Notes: generated by a model not told the origin, from the sequence alone. A DNA stretch of 64,000 nucleotides from Candidatus Poribacteria bacterium (GCA_965198235.1 OZ240248.1:2272001-2336000); one strand, 5' to 3'; positions 50,459 to 61,202 are shown, counted from the first letter of the stretch. Numbers and translations: made by a program.

Positions 50459-51397
50459 ATGATCGAAGTCAAAGAACTCACAAAATCTTACGGTACGACG
50501 GTTGCTGTCGACCAAGTTTCGTTTGACGCACATGCTGGCGAGGTGTTAGGCTTCCTTGGTCCGAACGGTGCAGGAAAGACTACCACGATGCGTATTCTCA
50601 CCTGCTATCTTTCTGCTGATGCAGGGAGCGCCACCGTTGCGGGGTATGATGTATTTGAAGAATCCTTTGAAGTTAGGAAACAAATTGGCTATCTACCTGA
50701 AAGTGCTCCACTTTATGCCGACATGGGAGTCATTGAATACCTCAACTTTATGACGCAGGTGCGGAACCTCCCAAAAAACCAACGGAAAGAGCGGATTCGA
50801 GCGGTTATCGACATCTGTGGGCTTGAGGACGTTATCCAAAAAGACATCGGTGAACTCTCAAAAGGCTATCGTCAGCGTGTCGGTTTGGCACAAAGCCTCA
50901 TCCATGATCCGCCTATCCTGATTTTAGACGAACCTACCTCCGGGTTAGATCCGAGCCAAATCATCGAGATCCGTAACCTAATCAAAAACATCGGGCAGGA
51001 GAAACTGGTACTCTTCAGCACGCATATTTTGCCTGAGGTCTCTGCTACCTGCAGCCGAATCCTAATTATCAACAACGGGAAGATTGTCGCAAACGGAACG
51101 CCGGAGGAACTTGCGAGTCAGGAGAAGGGCGAAGAAATTGTCCACATCGCCATCCGAGGTTCACAAGATGCAATTGAGGCACAATTCAACGAATTAGATT
51201 TTGTCTCGCAGTGGAATCGTGTTGACACGGACAACGGTATCGTGGGCTATCAGATACACGCTGCTCAAGGTAGTGATGCTGCGGAAGCACTTTTTCACGT
51301 CGTTGTGAAAAACGGGTGGAGCCTCACAGAACTCCGTCAAGAATCCGTGGACTTAGAGGATGTCTTCCTTAATTTGACAGACAGAGAACAAGTATAA
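50459..51397 (+). CDS. ABC transporter ATP-binding protein (GldA-like)
   Basis: GPNGAGKTT, LSKGYRQRVGLAQ, LDEPTSGLDP. Confidence 0.92.
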   Translation: MIEVKELTKSYGTTVAVDQVSFDAHAGEVLGFLGPNGAGKTTTMRILTCYLSADAGSATVAGYDVFEESFEVRKQIGYLPESAPLYADMGVIEYLNFMTQVRNLPKNQRKERIRAVIDICGLEDVIQKDIGELSKGYRQRVGLAQSLIHDPPILILDEPTSGLDPSQIIEIRNLIKNIGQEKLVLFSTHILPEVSATCSRILIINNGKIVANGTPEELASQEKGEEIVHIAIRGSQDAIEAQFNELDFVSQWNRVDTDNGIVGYQIHAAQGSDAAEALFHVVVKNGWSLTELRQESVDLEDVFLNLTDREQV

Positions 51398-51614
51398 TAG
51401 TAGTGAGGCTTTTTGAATGTAAAAAGGGAAACCGCTTGTGGGTTCTCAAAAAGGCTTTGAATTACCCCGGTTTCCATACTCGTTGACAGTTGTAGGATCC
51501 CTTTGAAACCGAGTCCGGTTTTCGTACCCGCTAACAATTCAATACTGACCTAGACCAAGACCGATGGTATGCCCAACGGGCAAATCGTCGTGGAGTCCCA
51601 TAGTTATAAAGATC

Positions 51615-52331
51615 ATGACGAACATTACAACTATCCTCAAAAAGGAATTTAGAAGTTATTTCAATTCGCCCATCGCGTATATTTTCATCACATTCTTCCT
51701 CGGTATCTCCGCATGGCTCTTCTTCCGCGGTTTTTTTCTGGTTAACCAAGCTGAAATGCGCGGTTTTTTTGGGTTGATGCCGTGGATTTTCCTGTTTTTT
51801 ATTCCCGCTGTTACGATGAAGCTCTGGGCTGAAGAAAAAAAACTCGGCACAGTAGAAATCCTGATGACGCTACCTATTCGGGATTATGAAGTCGTCATCG
51901 GGAAATTCTTAGCAAGCTTTGCCCTTCTTACTGTAACAGTGCTACTCTCACTCGTTCTTCCGCTTTCAGTCATGTACCTGGGGAATCCGGATGGTGGGAC
52001 ACTCATCGGAGGATACATTGGACTCCTGTTGATGGGCGGGGCATATTTATCAGTCGGACTTTTCGCTTCGACGCTGACCGAAAATCAGATTATTGCCTTT
52101 ATTTTTGGGATCACTGCCTGTTTTGTGCTGCTTATCATCGGTGAGGATATTGTGCTTTTCAATGCACCGAATTGGTTGTTCCCGATTTTCAGTTATCTGG
52201 GTCTTGGGGCACATTATAGTAGTATTCTTCGAGGTGTCCTTGATTCCCGCGATATTATCTATTATTTGTCGCTAATCGGTTTTTTTCTCTATCTAAGCAC
52301 ATTGTCGGTTGAAAGCCGCAAATGGCGTTAA
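51615..52331 (+). CDS. ABC-2 permease (GldF-like)
   Basis: KE..SYFNSPIAY, EEKK.GT.E.L.T.P, TENQIIAF. Confidence 0.88.
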   Translation: MTNITTILKKEFRSYFNSPIAYIFITFFLGISAWLFFRGFFLVNQAEMRGFFGLMPWIFLFFIPAVTMKLWAEEKKLGTVEILMTLPIRDYEVVIGKFLASFALLTVTVLLSLVLPLSVMYLGNPDGGTLIGGYIGLLLMGGAYLSVGLFASTLTENQIIAFIFGITACFVLLIIGEDIVLFNAPNWLFPIFSYLGLGAHYSSILRGVLDSRDIIYYLSLIGFFLYLSTLSVESRKWR

Positions 52332-52349
52332 GTAAAGGAGTAAGCGGTT

Positions 52350-53987
52350 TTGGTTAATAAACGAATCAAATACGGTGGCAACACCCTCGCTTTTGTAGCA
52401 ATCATCTTCGGCATCCTTGCGCTGATTAATTTTTTGTCGACGCGTCGCTTCATTCGCGCGGATCTCACCGAGGACAAGCGTTATACTATCTCAAAAGCAA
52501 CTAAAAATGTGCTGGACGCGTTGGATGATATTGTGACGATCACCGCTTACTTTTCCACGAATCCCGCAGAAGTCGCGCAAATCCGTCGTGGTGTCAGGGA
52601 CGTACTCGATGAGTACAACGCATTCTCCAAGAAACTCCAGATTGATTTTGTGAATCCTGCTGATTTTGACGATGGACAGAAACAGGAACTCCGTTTCAAG
52701 GGTATCCCGGAAGTCCAAATCAATGTCGTGAAAAAGGATAAAGCGGAAATTGCGAACGTCTATATGGGTATCTCTATCGGCTACAGCGGCAAAGAAGAGA
52801 TCCTGCCAGTTGTGCGATCAACCGCTAATTTGGAGTACGAGCTTACTTCTACTATTCTCAAGGTTACCACCAAAGAGGCTAAGACGGTAGGATTTCTGAC
52901 GGGGCACGGCGAATTCGATATCGATGATCAAAACTATCAGCAGTTTCGCCAACTTTTGGATAAAAACGCGCAGGGGCAATATAATCTCACCTCCGTCAGT
53001 CTGCAAGACGGAAAAGCCATTGACAACAGCGTCGCGACACTGGTTATCGCTGGCGCAAAGCAACCCTTGACGGAACGCGATAAGTACGAACTTGATCAGT
53101 TTATCATGCGTGGCGGTAGGGCGATATTTTTAGTCGATCCCATTCAACTACAACCCGGTACATTGCAAGGTGCCCCGTTGAGCACCGGTCTGAACGACCT
53201 GTTAGAACACTACGGTGCAAAACTCGGAAACAATCTCTTGCTTGATACCCGATTCCACGACACCGCTCGGTTCCAACAAGGATTCATGACCGTTATTCAA
53301 CCGTATCCCTATTTTGTTAAAATTGTAAAACCGAATTTCTCGACGGAACACAGCATCACCAACCAGTTGGAGGTGTTGACATTACCGTGGACGAGTTCTT
53401 TAGAGGTGGTGGCAAAGGAAGGGACCACTGCAACGTCATTGGCAAAGACGAGTGAAGCAGGGCGGAGCATACAAGGCTATTACAACCTGATGCCGAACGC
53501 TCCAATTCCGCCCAATGCTGAGTCACAAGTTTATACGGTTGCTGTTGCCTTGGAAGGCAAATTCAAAAGTTTCTATGCCGGTAAAGAGATTCCGCCAGTC
53601 CCAACCCCTGTAGGTGCTGACGCTACGGAGGAAAGCGAAACTCCTGCTCCGGCACAAGACACAGAGGCACGAACAGCTAAAACTGAGAGTGAACAGACAC
53701 AAATTGTTGTGGTAGGCACAGCGCAATTTCTCACACAACTCCGTCCCGACGGAGTCAACTTTTTCTTAAACACCGTCGACTGGCTAACCCTTGGTGATGC
53801 CCTTATTGGTATTCGGTCGCACACTATCACAGATCGACCGCTTCGTGAAGTTTCTGAAATTGAGAAAAACTTTGTTAAGTACCTATGTATTGTAGGTATT
53901 CCGCTGTTAGTTGTTATCTTCGGACTCCTTCGATACTTCCTAAAAAGGCGAGCAAAAAGGTTCGTGGAAACCTACGGATCTATATAA
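52350..53987 (+). CDS. GldG family ABC auxiliary component
   Basis: DLT.DKRYTIS, EYELT..I, GHGE, DQFIM.GG. Confidence 0.88.
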   Translation: MVNKRIKYGGNTLAFVAIIFGILALINFLSTRRFIRADLTEDKRYTISKATKNVLDALDDIVTITAYFSTNPAEVAQIRRGVRDVLDEYNAFSKKLQIDFVNPADFDDGQKQELRFKGIPEVQINVVKKDKAEIANVYMGISIGYSGKEEILPVVRSTANLEYELTSTILKVTTKEAKTVGFLTGHGEFDIDDQNYQQFRQLLDKNAQGQYNLTSVSLQDGKAIDNSVATLVIAGAKQPLTERDKYELDQFIMRGGRAIFLVDPIQLQPGTLQGAPLSTGLNDLLEHYGAKLGNNLLLDTRFHDTARFQQGFMTVIQPYPYFVKIVKPNFSTEHSITNQLEVLTLPWTSSLEVVAKEGTTATSLAKTSEAGRSIQGYYNLMPNAPIPPNAESQVYTVAVALEGKFKSFYAGKEIPPVPTPVGADATEESETPAPAQDTEARTAKTESEQTQIVVVGTAQFLTQLRPDGVNFFLNTVDWLTLGDALIGIRSHTITDRPLREVSEIEKNFVKYLCIVGIPLLVVIFGLLRYFLKRRAKRFVETYGSI

Positions 53988-54304
53988 CTCTCGTTTTACA
54001 ATTTACTTGTAGATGCCCTTTGATGAAACAGAATTTGCGTTTGTCTTATTGAGGAAATCAACATTGATACTTCTTAGCAGCAATCCAGCTAACTTAATCA
54101 GAAACCATTTTTTTAACTATGGGAATCTGGGCACTGCTCCACTACGTTTCGCAGTGGTTCTTGATTAGTTCCAACCCGCGCCAGGGATTCAAAGGTTTCT
54201 GACTTCACCGAAGACCGTTGCGGAATGAAATTAGGTTTCCTTAAATGGCATAATTTATCTTTGCTTTACATTTGGAGCAACGCCCAGGAGTAATAAATTA
54301 AAAA

Positions 54305-55270
54305 ATGAAAACGAAACAACTCCTGATTTTAGGTGCTATTTTCGTCGTTTTGGCAATCATTATCGTGCTTTTCGAGAACCCTTTTGGGCAGAGCGAATAT
54401 CAAAAGAAGGTTGAGACAGCAATGCCCCTGTTTCCAAACTTCAATGAGGAGCAGATTGTGAAAATAGAAATCACCGCCACCGGTGAAACCACAACGCTTT
54501 CAAAACAGAATGGCAATTGGGTGGTAGCTTCCATGGACAATTATCCTGCGGATGGTGAAGGCGTAGCAGAATTGCTGTCCAAGGTGGCCGAATTTAAGAA
54601 TACACAACGCGTCTCCAATAACCCAGAAAAACAATCGGAATTTGAAGTGGATAGCACCGGTGTTGAAGCGAAATTGATGGATGCAAACGATAAAGTGTTG
54701 GCGCATCTGTTTGTAGGGAAAACAACCCCTGGCTTTCTAAGCAGTTACGTCCGTCCTGCTAATTCCAACGATGTTTATGTCGCACAAGGGTATCTCCAAT
54801 CTGTCTTTAACAAGGGCACACGTACTTGGAAAGATCGGACTATCTTCAACTTTAACAAAGGGATTGTCACACAGCTTAACATCATTTCACCGGAGGAGAC
54901 GGTCGAACTGCGTCTCGATACAGACGGGACATGGCAGATGCTCAAGCCTGTAGGCGCTGCCGCCAAAACAACAGAGGTTGATGCCCTTCTTACAACTTTC
55001 AGCGAGTTGGACACAGACGATTTTGCTGAAGCGATGGATGAACTTGCCGAATACGGCTTAGACATGCCGCAATCCACCATTTCTGCTATGCTAAACGATG
55101 GCACAACGGCAACGCTGCACGTTGGGAAAGAGGAGGAGGGTAAACTTTACGTCAAACGCGACGACAAGGATACTGTCTTCAGACTCTTCAAGTCGAATGT
55201 AGATGGCTTAATAAAGAAATCCGATACCCTCAAGGCTGAGGAACCACACGCAGGAGTTGAAACCGAATAG
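54305..55270 (+). CDS. DUF4340 domain protein
   Basis: N-terminal TM, WKDRTIF, L.EYGL..P; typical position after gldG. Confidence 0.8.
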   Translation: MKTKQLLILGAIFVVLAIIIVLFENPFGQSEYQKKVETAMPLFPNFNEEQIVKIEITATGETTTLSKQNGNWVVASMDNYPADGEGVAELLSKVAEFKNTQRVSNNPEKQSEFEVDSTGVEAKLMDANDKVLAHLFVGKTTPGFLSSYVRPANSNDVYVAQGYLQSVFNKGTRTWKDRTIFNFNKGIVTQLNIISPEETVELRLDTDGTWQMLKPVGAAAKTTEVDALLTTFSELDTDDFAEAMDELAEYGLDMPQSTISAMLNDGTTATLHVGKEEEGKLYVKRDDKDTVFRLFKSNVDGLIKKSDTLKAEEPHAGVETE

Positions 55271-55296
55271 ACAAACCCATTAACGCATGCAATGTA

Positions 55297-56070
55297 GTGG
55301 TACGGCAGCCGTACCGAAGGAAATTAACCGTGAAGAGATTAAAATTTTTATGTTTAGGGTTGAGTACATTAATCGCCATAACACTCACCGGATGCGAACC
55401 ACAAATCATAGGACCTTTGCTACAGTCGCAGGAGAGTGGGAAAATCCACGTGACAGGAAGCGGTTCAGTCGTCGGTGAACCGGATATCGCAACGCTGATT
55501 TTAGGTGTATCCGTTGAGAAAGAGACAGTCGCGGAAGCACGCGAGGAAGCCGCAGCCGCGATGACAGGCGTGATAACGTCTCTGAAAGCCAATGACATCG
55601 CTGAAAACGATATTCGAACGGAAAGATTTAGCATCTATCCACAGTACGACTACACGGATAATGGACGGGTACTTCGTGGATATAGTGTGAACAACACCGT
55701 TAGTGCAAAGGTACGAGAATTAGAGAATCTCAGTGAAGTAATTGATGATGCCGCCGAAGCGGGTGGTGACATCGTTGTTGTAAATTCCATCCAATTCATG
55801 ATTGAGGACCCCACACCATTACAAGCGCAAGCACGCGCATTAGCAGTAAAAAATGCTGAGGCAAAGGCACAAACCTTAGCAGATGCAAGCGGTGTTACCC
55901 TCGGAAAACCTGTCACGATCACTGAAACATCTCACACTGCGGGACCCCCAATTGCCTATGCTGAGGAAGCAGCCTTCGCGAGTGATGATAGTGCGCGTAG
56001 CAAAACCCCTATTGAAGCAGGTGAACTCACTGTCACCGTGAATATTACCGTGGTTTATGAGATTGAGTGA
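55297..56070 (+). CDS. SIMPL domain (DUF541) lipoprotein
   Basis: I.VTG.G.V...PD.A, AV..A..KA..LA.A.G..LG; lipobox LTGC. Confidence 0.88.
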   Translation: MVRQPYRRKLTVKRLKFLCLGLSTLIAITLTGCEPQIIGPLLQSQESGKIHVTGSGSVVGEPDIATLILGVSVEKETVAEAREEAAAAMTGVITSLKANDIAENDIRTERFSIYPQYDYTDNGRVLRGYSVNNTVSAKVRELENLSEVIDDAAEAGGDIVVVNSIQFMIEDPTPLQAQARALAVKNAEAKAQTLADASGVTLGKPVTITETSHTAGPPIAYAEEAAFASDDSARSKTPIEAGELTVTVNITVVYEIE

Positions 56071-56537
56071 AATTTTTCAACAACGACAATCTCCTGAAAT
56101 TCCAGCGGTCCACCTGAAATAGCAAGGTTATATGCCACTGGAGTTTTACGATTTTCTTCACCATAAAACATCTCTGCGCGAACACCTGCCTCTCCCCGCG
56201 AGTCCCCCAAGGATACAAGCTTGAGTTGATCTTTTATCCGCCAGAAAACAGGCATCTTCTCAGAAAAAATGCTGTCGTAGTCGTACCGTTCCTCAACGGA
56301 TCGGTTTTCGAGAATCTTCTGTACAGTTTCACCATCCTCTTTTTCTCGGTCAACATCACGAATCGGCACATCTCCAATTTCACGGAGGACGATCTGGCGG
56401 ATAACTTCAGGGACCTCATCAAACGATATTGCTTCGCAGTGAGAATAGAAAAATCCGTCAACACTTACAACAAAACATGCTATGATACAGAAGATGAGCA
56501 ACCGTATCAGGCATTGGCACTTTTTCAAAATGAGCAC
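56055..56537 (-). CDS. Hypothetical exported protein, possibly chimeric
   Basis: AAGGAGG RBS, signal peptide and a short PepSY-like segment; overlaps the convergent gene end. Confidence 0.45.
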   Translation of the reverse strand: MLILKKCQCLIRLLIFCIIACFVVSVDGFFYSHCEAISFDEVPEVIRQIVLREIGDVPIRDVDREKEDGETVQKILENRSVEERYDYDSIFSEKMPVFWRIKDQLKLVSLGDSRGEAGVRAEMFYGEENRKTPVAYNLAISGGPLEFQEIVVVEKFHSIS

Positions 56538-56762
56538 CCTCCTTTAATTATTTCTGAATACTCTCCCAAAGTTGTATCGCTGTTGAAGCGCAAAAATCCA
56601 TCTATAGATTAGGAGACAACTGTGTAGTTCCTGGAGGAGTTGAAATCAAAAACTAATTGCAGAGTAACTATGAATAATAGCGATTTAGCGGCAGATTTTA
56701 GGAAACCATCCGATTGTAGTTACAATACTACGACCCACGGTAATTCTATGTAGCAGTTGTCA

Positions 56763-57620
56763 TTAATCATCTACCAATAGATTAGTCTGAAAAACAAGAA
56801 ATTTTCCATTAAAATGATGTTGGAGGACAAAAATTTCCATTCGTGAAAATAACTCTTCACATTCCATTTTCTCAAAGGCGATTTTCATCTTATTGCGTTG
56901 CTGGTTCTGCTCAGTGTCACTATGACATGGAACAGCGAAGTTCAATGTATTGTCACTAATTTGAGGGTACTGATTCGGATTCAAAATATTTGCGCCAGCT
57001 TTAACCTCGGTCATAATACGAAAGCGCATCTTTACTGAAGCATCGTCTACGTTTCTAACTCTACTGAAGGTTTGCTGTTCACTGAACAGATCCAGCAATT
57101 TCTGTTTCATTGATACCGACAGAGTTTCACCAAGTTCGTTTAGCCGTTCTTCTAATGCTTGACCAAAAGATTCTGAAATCAAGGTCGAAACAGGTACCGT
57201 CTCAAAATATTTCCCGTGAGTCAAGCAGGCTTTCACGTTTGGCTGTTTTCTACCACGAATCAGATAAAAAACTTGGCGAATAGGTAAGGAAAGTATGTTA
57301 TTACCTGCTTCTTCCATCTGTGTTCGGATAGCATTTCTCCCGCCTTCGGTTAACTTTTTAATATCTTTTTCGCCTGTCGGAATTGTTGAGTTAAATGAAG
57401 CGACCGAATAGGTTTTGCTTTCCTTGAGTTCAATCAATTCCCCACCAGTAAATTGTTCGCCGTCGTTATTGAGTTTAATAGCTAAATCGGGAAATATGCC
57501 CTTGTTGATACAAGAAAGCATTTGTTTATCGAATGGAAAACGCTCGAGTTTGTTTTCTGAGAGAAATTCCTGTTTTTTCTTGCACAAGTCAGCGGAAAAG
57601 TGATAAATAGAGTAAGTCAT
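56763..57620 (-). CDS. Putative Type II restriction endonuclease (PD-(D/E)xK)
   Basis: FPDLAI...IELKES and SFNSTIP; abuts the MTase stop; lower GC. Confidence 0.62.
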   Translation of the reverse strand: MTYSIYHFSADLCKKKQEFLSENKLERFPFDKQMLSCINKGIFPDLAIKLNNDGEQFTGGELIELKESKTYSVASFNSTIPTGEKDIKKLTEGGRNAIRTQMEEAGNNILSLPIRQVFYLIRGRKQPNVKACLTHGKYFETVPVSTLISESFGQALEERLNELGETLSVSMKQKLLDLFSEQQTFSRVRNVDDASVKMRFRIMTEVKAGANILNPNQYPQISDNTLNFAVPCHSDTEQNQQRNKMKIAFEKMECEELFSRMEIFVLQHHFNGKFLVFQTNLLVDD

Positions 57621-58559
57621 TTATTGATTTGACTCAAGAAAAGCCATCTGTTTAGCAGTAGGTTCATCAGAGGACGCTAATTTTCTGCTTTGTCCGTGTT
57701 CTCCCCAGATTGCTTCTAAGTCTGGGGTGCATGCGTAATCCTTGAAAAAACGCGAGACATCGTCTGAGTCTCTCTGTTCAACGAATCTGTTTTGGATAAG
57801 CGTAACATTGTGGGAGTCGAGTTCAATCCCTACTGATTTCCGCCCCAATTGTTCCGCCACGACCAGCGTTGTCCCTGAACCTGCAAACGGATCGAGGACG
57901 ACATCACCGGGGTTTGTGGAGGAGAGAATAATCCGAAGGAGAAGTTGAATAGGTGCCTGCTGCTTGTGCAAGCGATTTCCTTCTGCATCTCGTAACGCTT
58001 CATCACCCGCAAAATAACCAGAGGTCAACTCCCGAATGTCATCCCACACATCAGTAACAAACATACCGTTTTCTCGCGTGTGCTTGTAACCTGCGGGCAG
58101 TGGTGGGTCGATGCGTAGACGATGGAAAACACGCGGCGTTTTGCCTTTCGTCGCAAACGCAATGATCTGGTAGTGCTTACCGAAACGTTTCGTCCCTGGC
58201 ACCGCCGAGGTTTTCTTTTTCCAGATAATCAGGTTTTGAAAGGTCCATCCGGTATCGCGTAAACATTGCAGCACGAATTCTGTGTTTTTCTCGCGTTGCA
58301 TGAAATAAAGGGCACCACCATCCGAAGTCAATGCATACACCTTTGCACAAATCTCGCGCATCCACTCCCAATATTCCTCTGGGGGTAGGTTATCATCCCA
58401 GGCATTGTAAGCCTTATCCTGATTGAAGGGAGGATCGAGAAAGGAGAGATCTATTCTCGGCGCGAAGTCGCTTCGATCCAAGGCAGCTGTGCAACTCTCA
58501 TGAAGCACAGTGCAGTTTTTTCCGAATGAATTGCCCATAGTGTTTACAGGTTTTCGCAA
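57621..58559 (-). CDS. Site-specific DNA methyltransferase (N4-C/N6-A, beta class)
   Basis: LDPPFN, TDVW.DI, H..Q.P, DPFAGSG. Confidence 0.92.
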   Translation of the reverse strand: MRKPVNTMGNSFGKNCTVLHESCTAALDRSDFAPRIDLSFLDPPFNQDKAYNAWDDNLPPEEYWEWMREICAKVYALTSDGGALYFMQREKNTEFVLQCLRDTGWTFQNLIIWKKKTSAVPGTKRFGKHYQIIAFATKGKTPRVFHRLRIDPPLPAGYKHTRENGMFVTDVWDDIRELTSGYFAGDEALRDAEGNRLHKQQAPIQLLLRIILSSTNPGDVVLDPFAGSGTTLVVAEQLGRKSVGIELDSHNVTLIQNRFVEQRDSDDVSRFFKDYACTPDLEAIWGEHGQSRKLASSDEPTAKQMAFLESNQ

Positions 58560-58763
58560 TTAGGGTGAGTCCGGATTAGTTTCCTCTGAAGGCTTTCCCC
58601 ACGGTTCGTTCTCGAAATCACGGACCGCAGCACCGAGTTCGCCCCAAAGATATTCATCCCATAAATCATGGGAAAGCATTTCCAATTGTCGGTGTTGGAT
58701 GTAGTCGCGGAACTGATCGCTTTTCGGATCATCTGATTCAGGGGTTTGTGCTTGTTCTGTCAT
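58560..58763 (-). CDS. Small hypothetical protein
   Basis: AAGGA RBS; stop abuts the MTase start. Confidence 0.55.
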   Translation of the reverse strand: MTEQAQTPESDDPKSDQFRDYIQHRQLEMLSHDLWDEYLWGELGAAVRDFENEPWGKPSEETNPDSP

Positions 58764-58811
58764 AATTACTGTGTTCCTTACAACGGCTGAAATTCACCGC
58801 GCCTGTCAGTC

Positions 58812-60506
58812 TTAAATCCTAATGAGTTTTCCAACGAGACGGCCGGTATGATTGTCGTTCTCAACAATAACTTTGCCGTTCACAAGGGTGTAGTCGTAAC
58901 CCTGCGCTCGCTGTGTCCAACGTCCCGCACCAACAGGTAAGTCATACACAAATTCAGGGATTTCCATACGAAGGTTTTCTGCGTCAATCACATTGACATC
59001 GGCGTAATACCCTGGCTTTAATAACCCACGCTCAGGGATTCCGAAGGCTTCTGCACCATCAGAAGTCAACCGGCGAATAGTCTCTTCCAAACTGAACACT
59101 TGTCGTTCAGCGTGCCAAAATGTCAGGGCATGTGTTGAGAGAGAGGCATCGCAGATGGCGTTTACATGCGCGCCAGCATCACCGAGACCAAGGAGCGTGT
59201 CTCGGTAGCGCACGACTTCCTCAACGTGCGCGAGATTATGATTATTCGTTGCGAAGGCAAATAACTGCCGCCCCGCAGTTTCGTGGAATAGCCGAACGAT
59301 TGTCTCTATCGGGCGTTCGTTGTTTTCATCGGCAATATTGCGTAGCAAGTTCTCCTGTTTACGGACATATTCACACTCCGCTGGTCCGAAACGGTATAGC
59401 ATTTTACCGAGGCGTTCATCACTTTCGTCAGGTATATCTAACAGTCGTGCCTGTGTCTTTTCATCTTGGATCGCTGTTAACCGTTCAGGGTAAGGGAGAC
59501 TGTATAATTCACGCCACGCACTCGCGTCGCGAATCGGCATCCAATTGCAAAGTCCAACCATTACCGTGTTGACACGGGAAGACACCATCGGACGCGCCTG
59601 TGCCCCGGCGGCTCGTTCTTCATCAAGCCATCCCAAATATAGGGTCTGGATCGTCGGTACAGCTTCATGGGTGAACGCGCTGAAGATCACAGGACACCCA
59701 CTCTGCCGGTTCACCTCAGCAATGCGGTAGATCTCCTTTCGCGTTTCTGGATACTCGGTTGTCGGATAGTTCTCATATTCCCCGAAACCGGGTGCCCATT
59801 GGAAAATCCCTTTGTTGTGTCTTCCAACGGCTTGCGCGAGCGCGACGAGTTCATCAAGATGTGCGAATGTACCGGGTATCGGGATGCCTTCAGAGGTTTT
59901 GTGGGTGAGTGTTCGAGAAGTGGAAAATCCCAGTGCTCCTGCCTCCATCGCTTCATCGACGGAGGTTTGCATAGCCTTCATTTCATCGGGGGTTGGATAT
60001 CTGTCTCTTTTTAGGCTCTCTTCACCCATTGTGTGGTAGCGTGTTGCCGCATGCCCGATCATACCGCAGACATTCACGCCCTTCGGACACGCATCCAATG
60101 CGTCGTAGTACTCCCCGAAGGTTTCCCAATTCCAACGCAGACTTGACATGATGCTTTCCGCAGGAATCCCTTCAACACTTTCAAGGACCTTCGCTAAAAC
60201 CATGTGGTCGGCTTGCTTGACAGGTGCGAAACTCACACCGCAACTCCCAAGGATCAGTGTAGTGATGCCGTGCCAACATGTTGGTGTGCCAAGCGGATCC
60301 CACATGAACTGGGCATCCATGTGTGTATGTGTATCTATGAAGCCCGGTGTGACGAGTCTGTCCGTTGCATCAATTGTCTGGTACGCCGCATTGGGAATGT
60401 CGCCAACGTTTGTGATACGTTCACCACTAATAGCGATGTCGGCTTTGAAACCAGGCTTACCCGTTCCATCAATGATTGTTCCGTTGCGGATGACAAGATC
60501 GTACAC
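58812..60506 (-). CDS. N-acyl-D-amino-acid deacylase family amidohydrolase
   Basis: PGFIDTHTH.D, G.CG, DAGAH, RG.L.PG..AD. Confidence 0.9.
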   Translation of the reverse strand: MYDLVIRNGTIIDGTGKPGFKADIAISGERITNVGDIPNAAYQTIDATDRLVTPGFIDTHTHMDAQFMWDPLGTPTCWHGITTLILGSCGVSFAPVKQADHMVLAKVLESVEGIPAESIMSSLRWNWETFGEYYDALDACPKGVNVCGMIGHAATRYHTMGEESLKRDRYPTPDEMKAMQTSVDEAMEAGALGFSTSRTLTHKTSEGIPIPGTFAHLDELVALAQAVGRHNKGIFQWAPGFGEYENYPTTEYPETRKEIYRIAEVNRQSGCPVIFSAFTHEAVPTIQTLYLGWLDEERAAGAQARPMVSSRVNTVMVGLCNWMPIRDASAWRELYSLPYPERLTAIQDEKTQARLLDIPDESDERLGKMLYRFGPAECEYVRKQENLLRNIADENNERPIETIVRLFHETAGRQLFAFATNNHNLAHVEEVVRYRDTLLGLGDAGAHVNAICDASLSTHALTFWHAERQVFSLEETIRRLTSDGAEAFGIPERGLLKPGYYADVNVIDAENLRMEIPEFVYDLPVGAGRWTQRAQGYDYTLVNGKVIVENDNHTGRLVGKLIRI

Positions 60507-60572
60507 TATTTTTTCCTTTACAGAGTATCACATTGCTGAATTTAACGCATCTCGGAACACTTGCAGTCTGGA

Positions 60573-61082
60573 TTAGACCGTATACTGCTTTAGCGTGTCG
60601 TCGTCTAAATTCTGTAAGACATCTTTCGTGTCAGGTTTTTGTCCCTTGTCGAGTTCCTGTTCAGAGAATCCCTGTTCTGCAAGCACCTCTTCAACAACAT
60701 AGATAGGGGCTTCGCAGCGAAGTGCGAGCGCGATTGCATCACTGGGACGACAATCTACGTCAATGGTGTTACCTTTCACTTCCAATGTCACGTGTGCATA
60801 GAAAGTCCGTTCTTCAAAAGCGTGTACACACACGGCTGTAACTTTAGCCTCAAGGGTTTCAATCATAGTCTTGAGCAAGTCGTGTGTCATTGGACGCGGG
60901 AGTTGCATTTTCTCTAAATGCATTTGGATAGCCGCTGCCTCCGATTCGCCGATCCATATCAACAGTATCCGATTTGAATCGTCCTCTTTCTCCTTCAGGA
61001 CTACTATCGGTGCTCCCGTGCCACGATCGATCGAGAGGAAGTTGACTTTAACCTCAACTCTCGTTTGTTTCTCTTTTTCCAT
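60573..61082 (-). CDS. Bifunctional nuclease family protein (DUF151)
   Basis: IWIG..EA.AI, RPMTHDL, D.RPSDAIALA. Confidence 0.92.
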   Translation of the reverse strand: MEKEKQTRVEVKVNFLSIDRGTGAPIVVLKEKEDDSNRILLIWIGESEAAAIQMHLEKMQLPRPMTHDLLKTMIETLEAKVTAVCVHAFEERTFYAHVTLEVKGNTIDVDCRPSDAIALALRCEAPIYVVEEVLAEQGFSEQELDKGQKPDTKDVLQNLDDDTLKQYTV

Positions 61083-61202
61083 CTGTGCATCCTTTCATCT
61101 CACTGGTGTTTGAGGACAGTCCGTAGATTGTCTCCACCAGTGTTTGTTTAAACTGAGGATGGGCACGGCAGGAACCACGCCCTATATTCGCAAACATGTC
61201 AA

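Noticed and set aside
50459-55270. Gliding motility system
   Set aside because: GldA/F/G-like ABC sets with DUF4340 are widespread in non-gliding bacteria; no other gld or spr genes here
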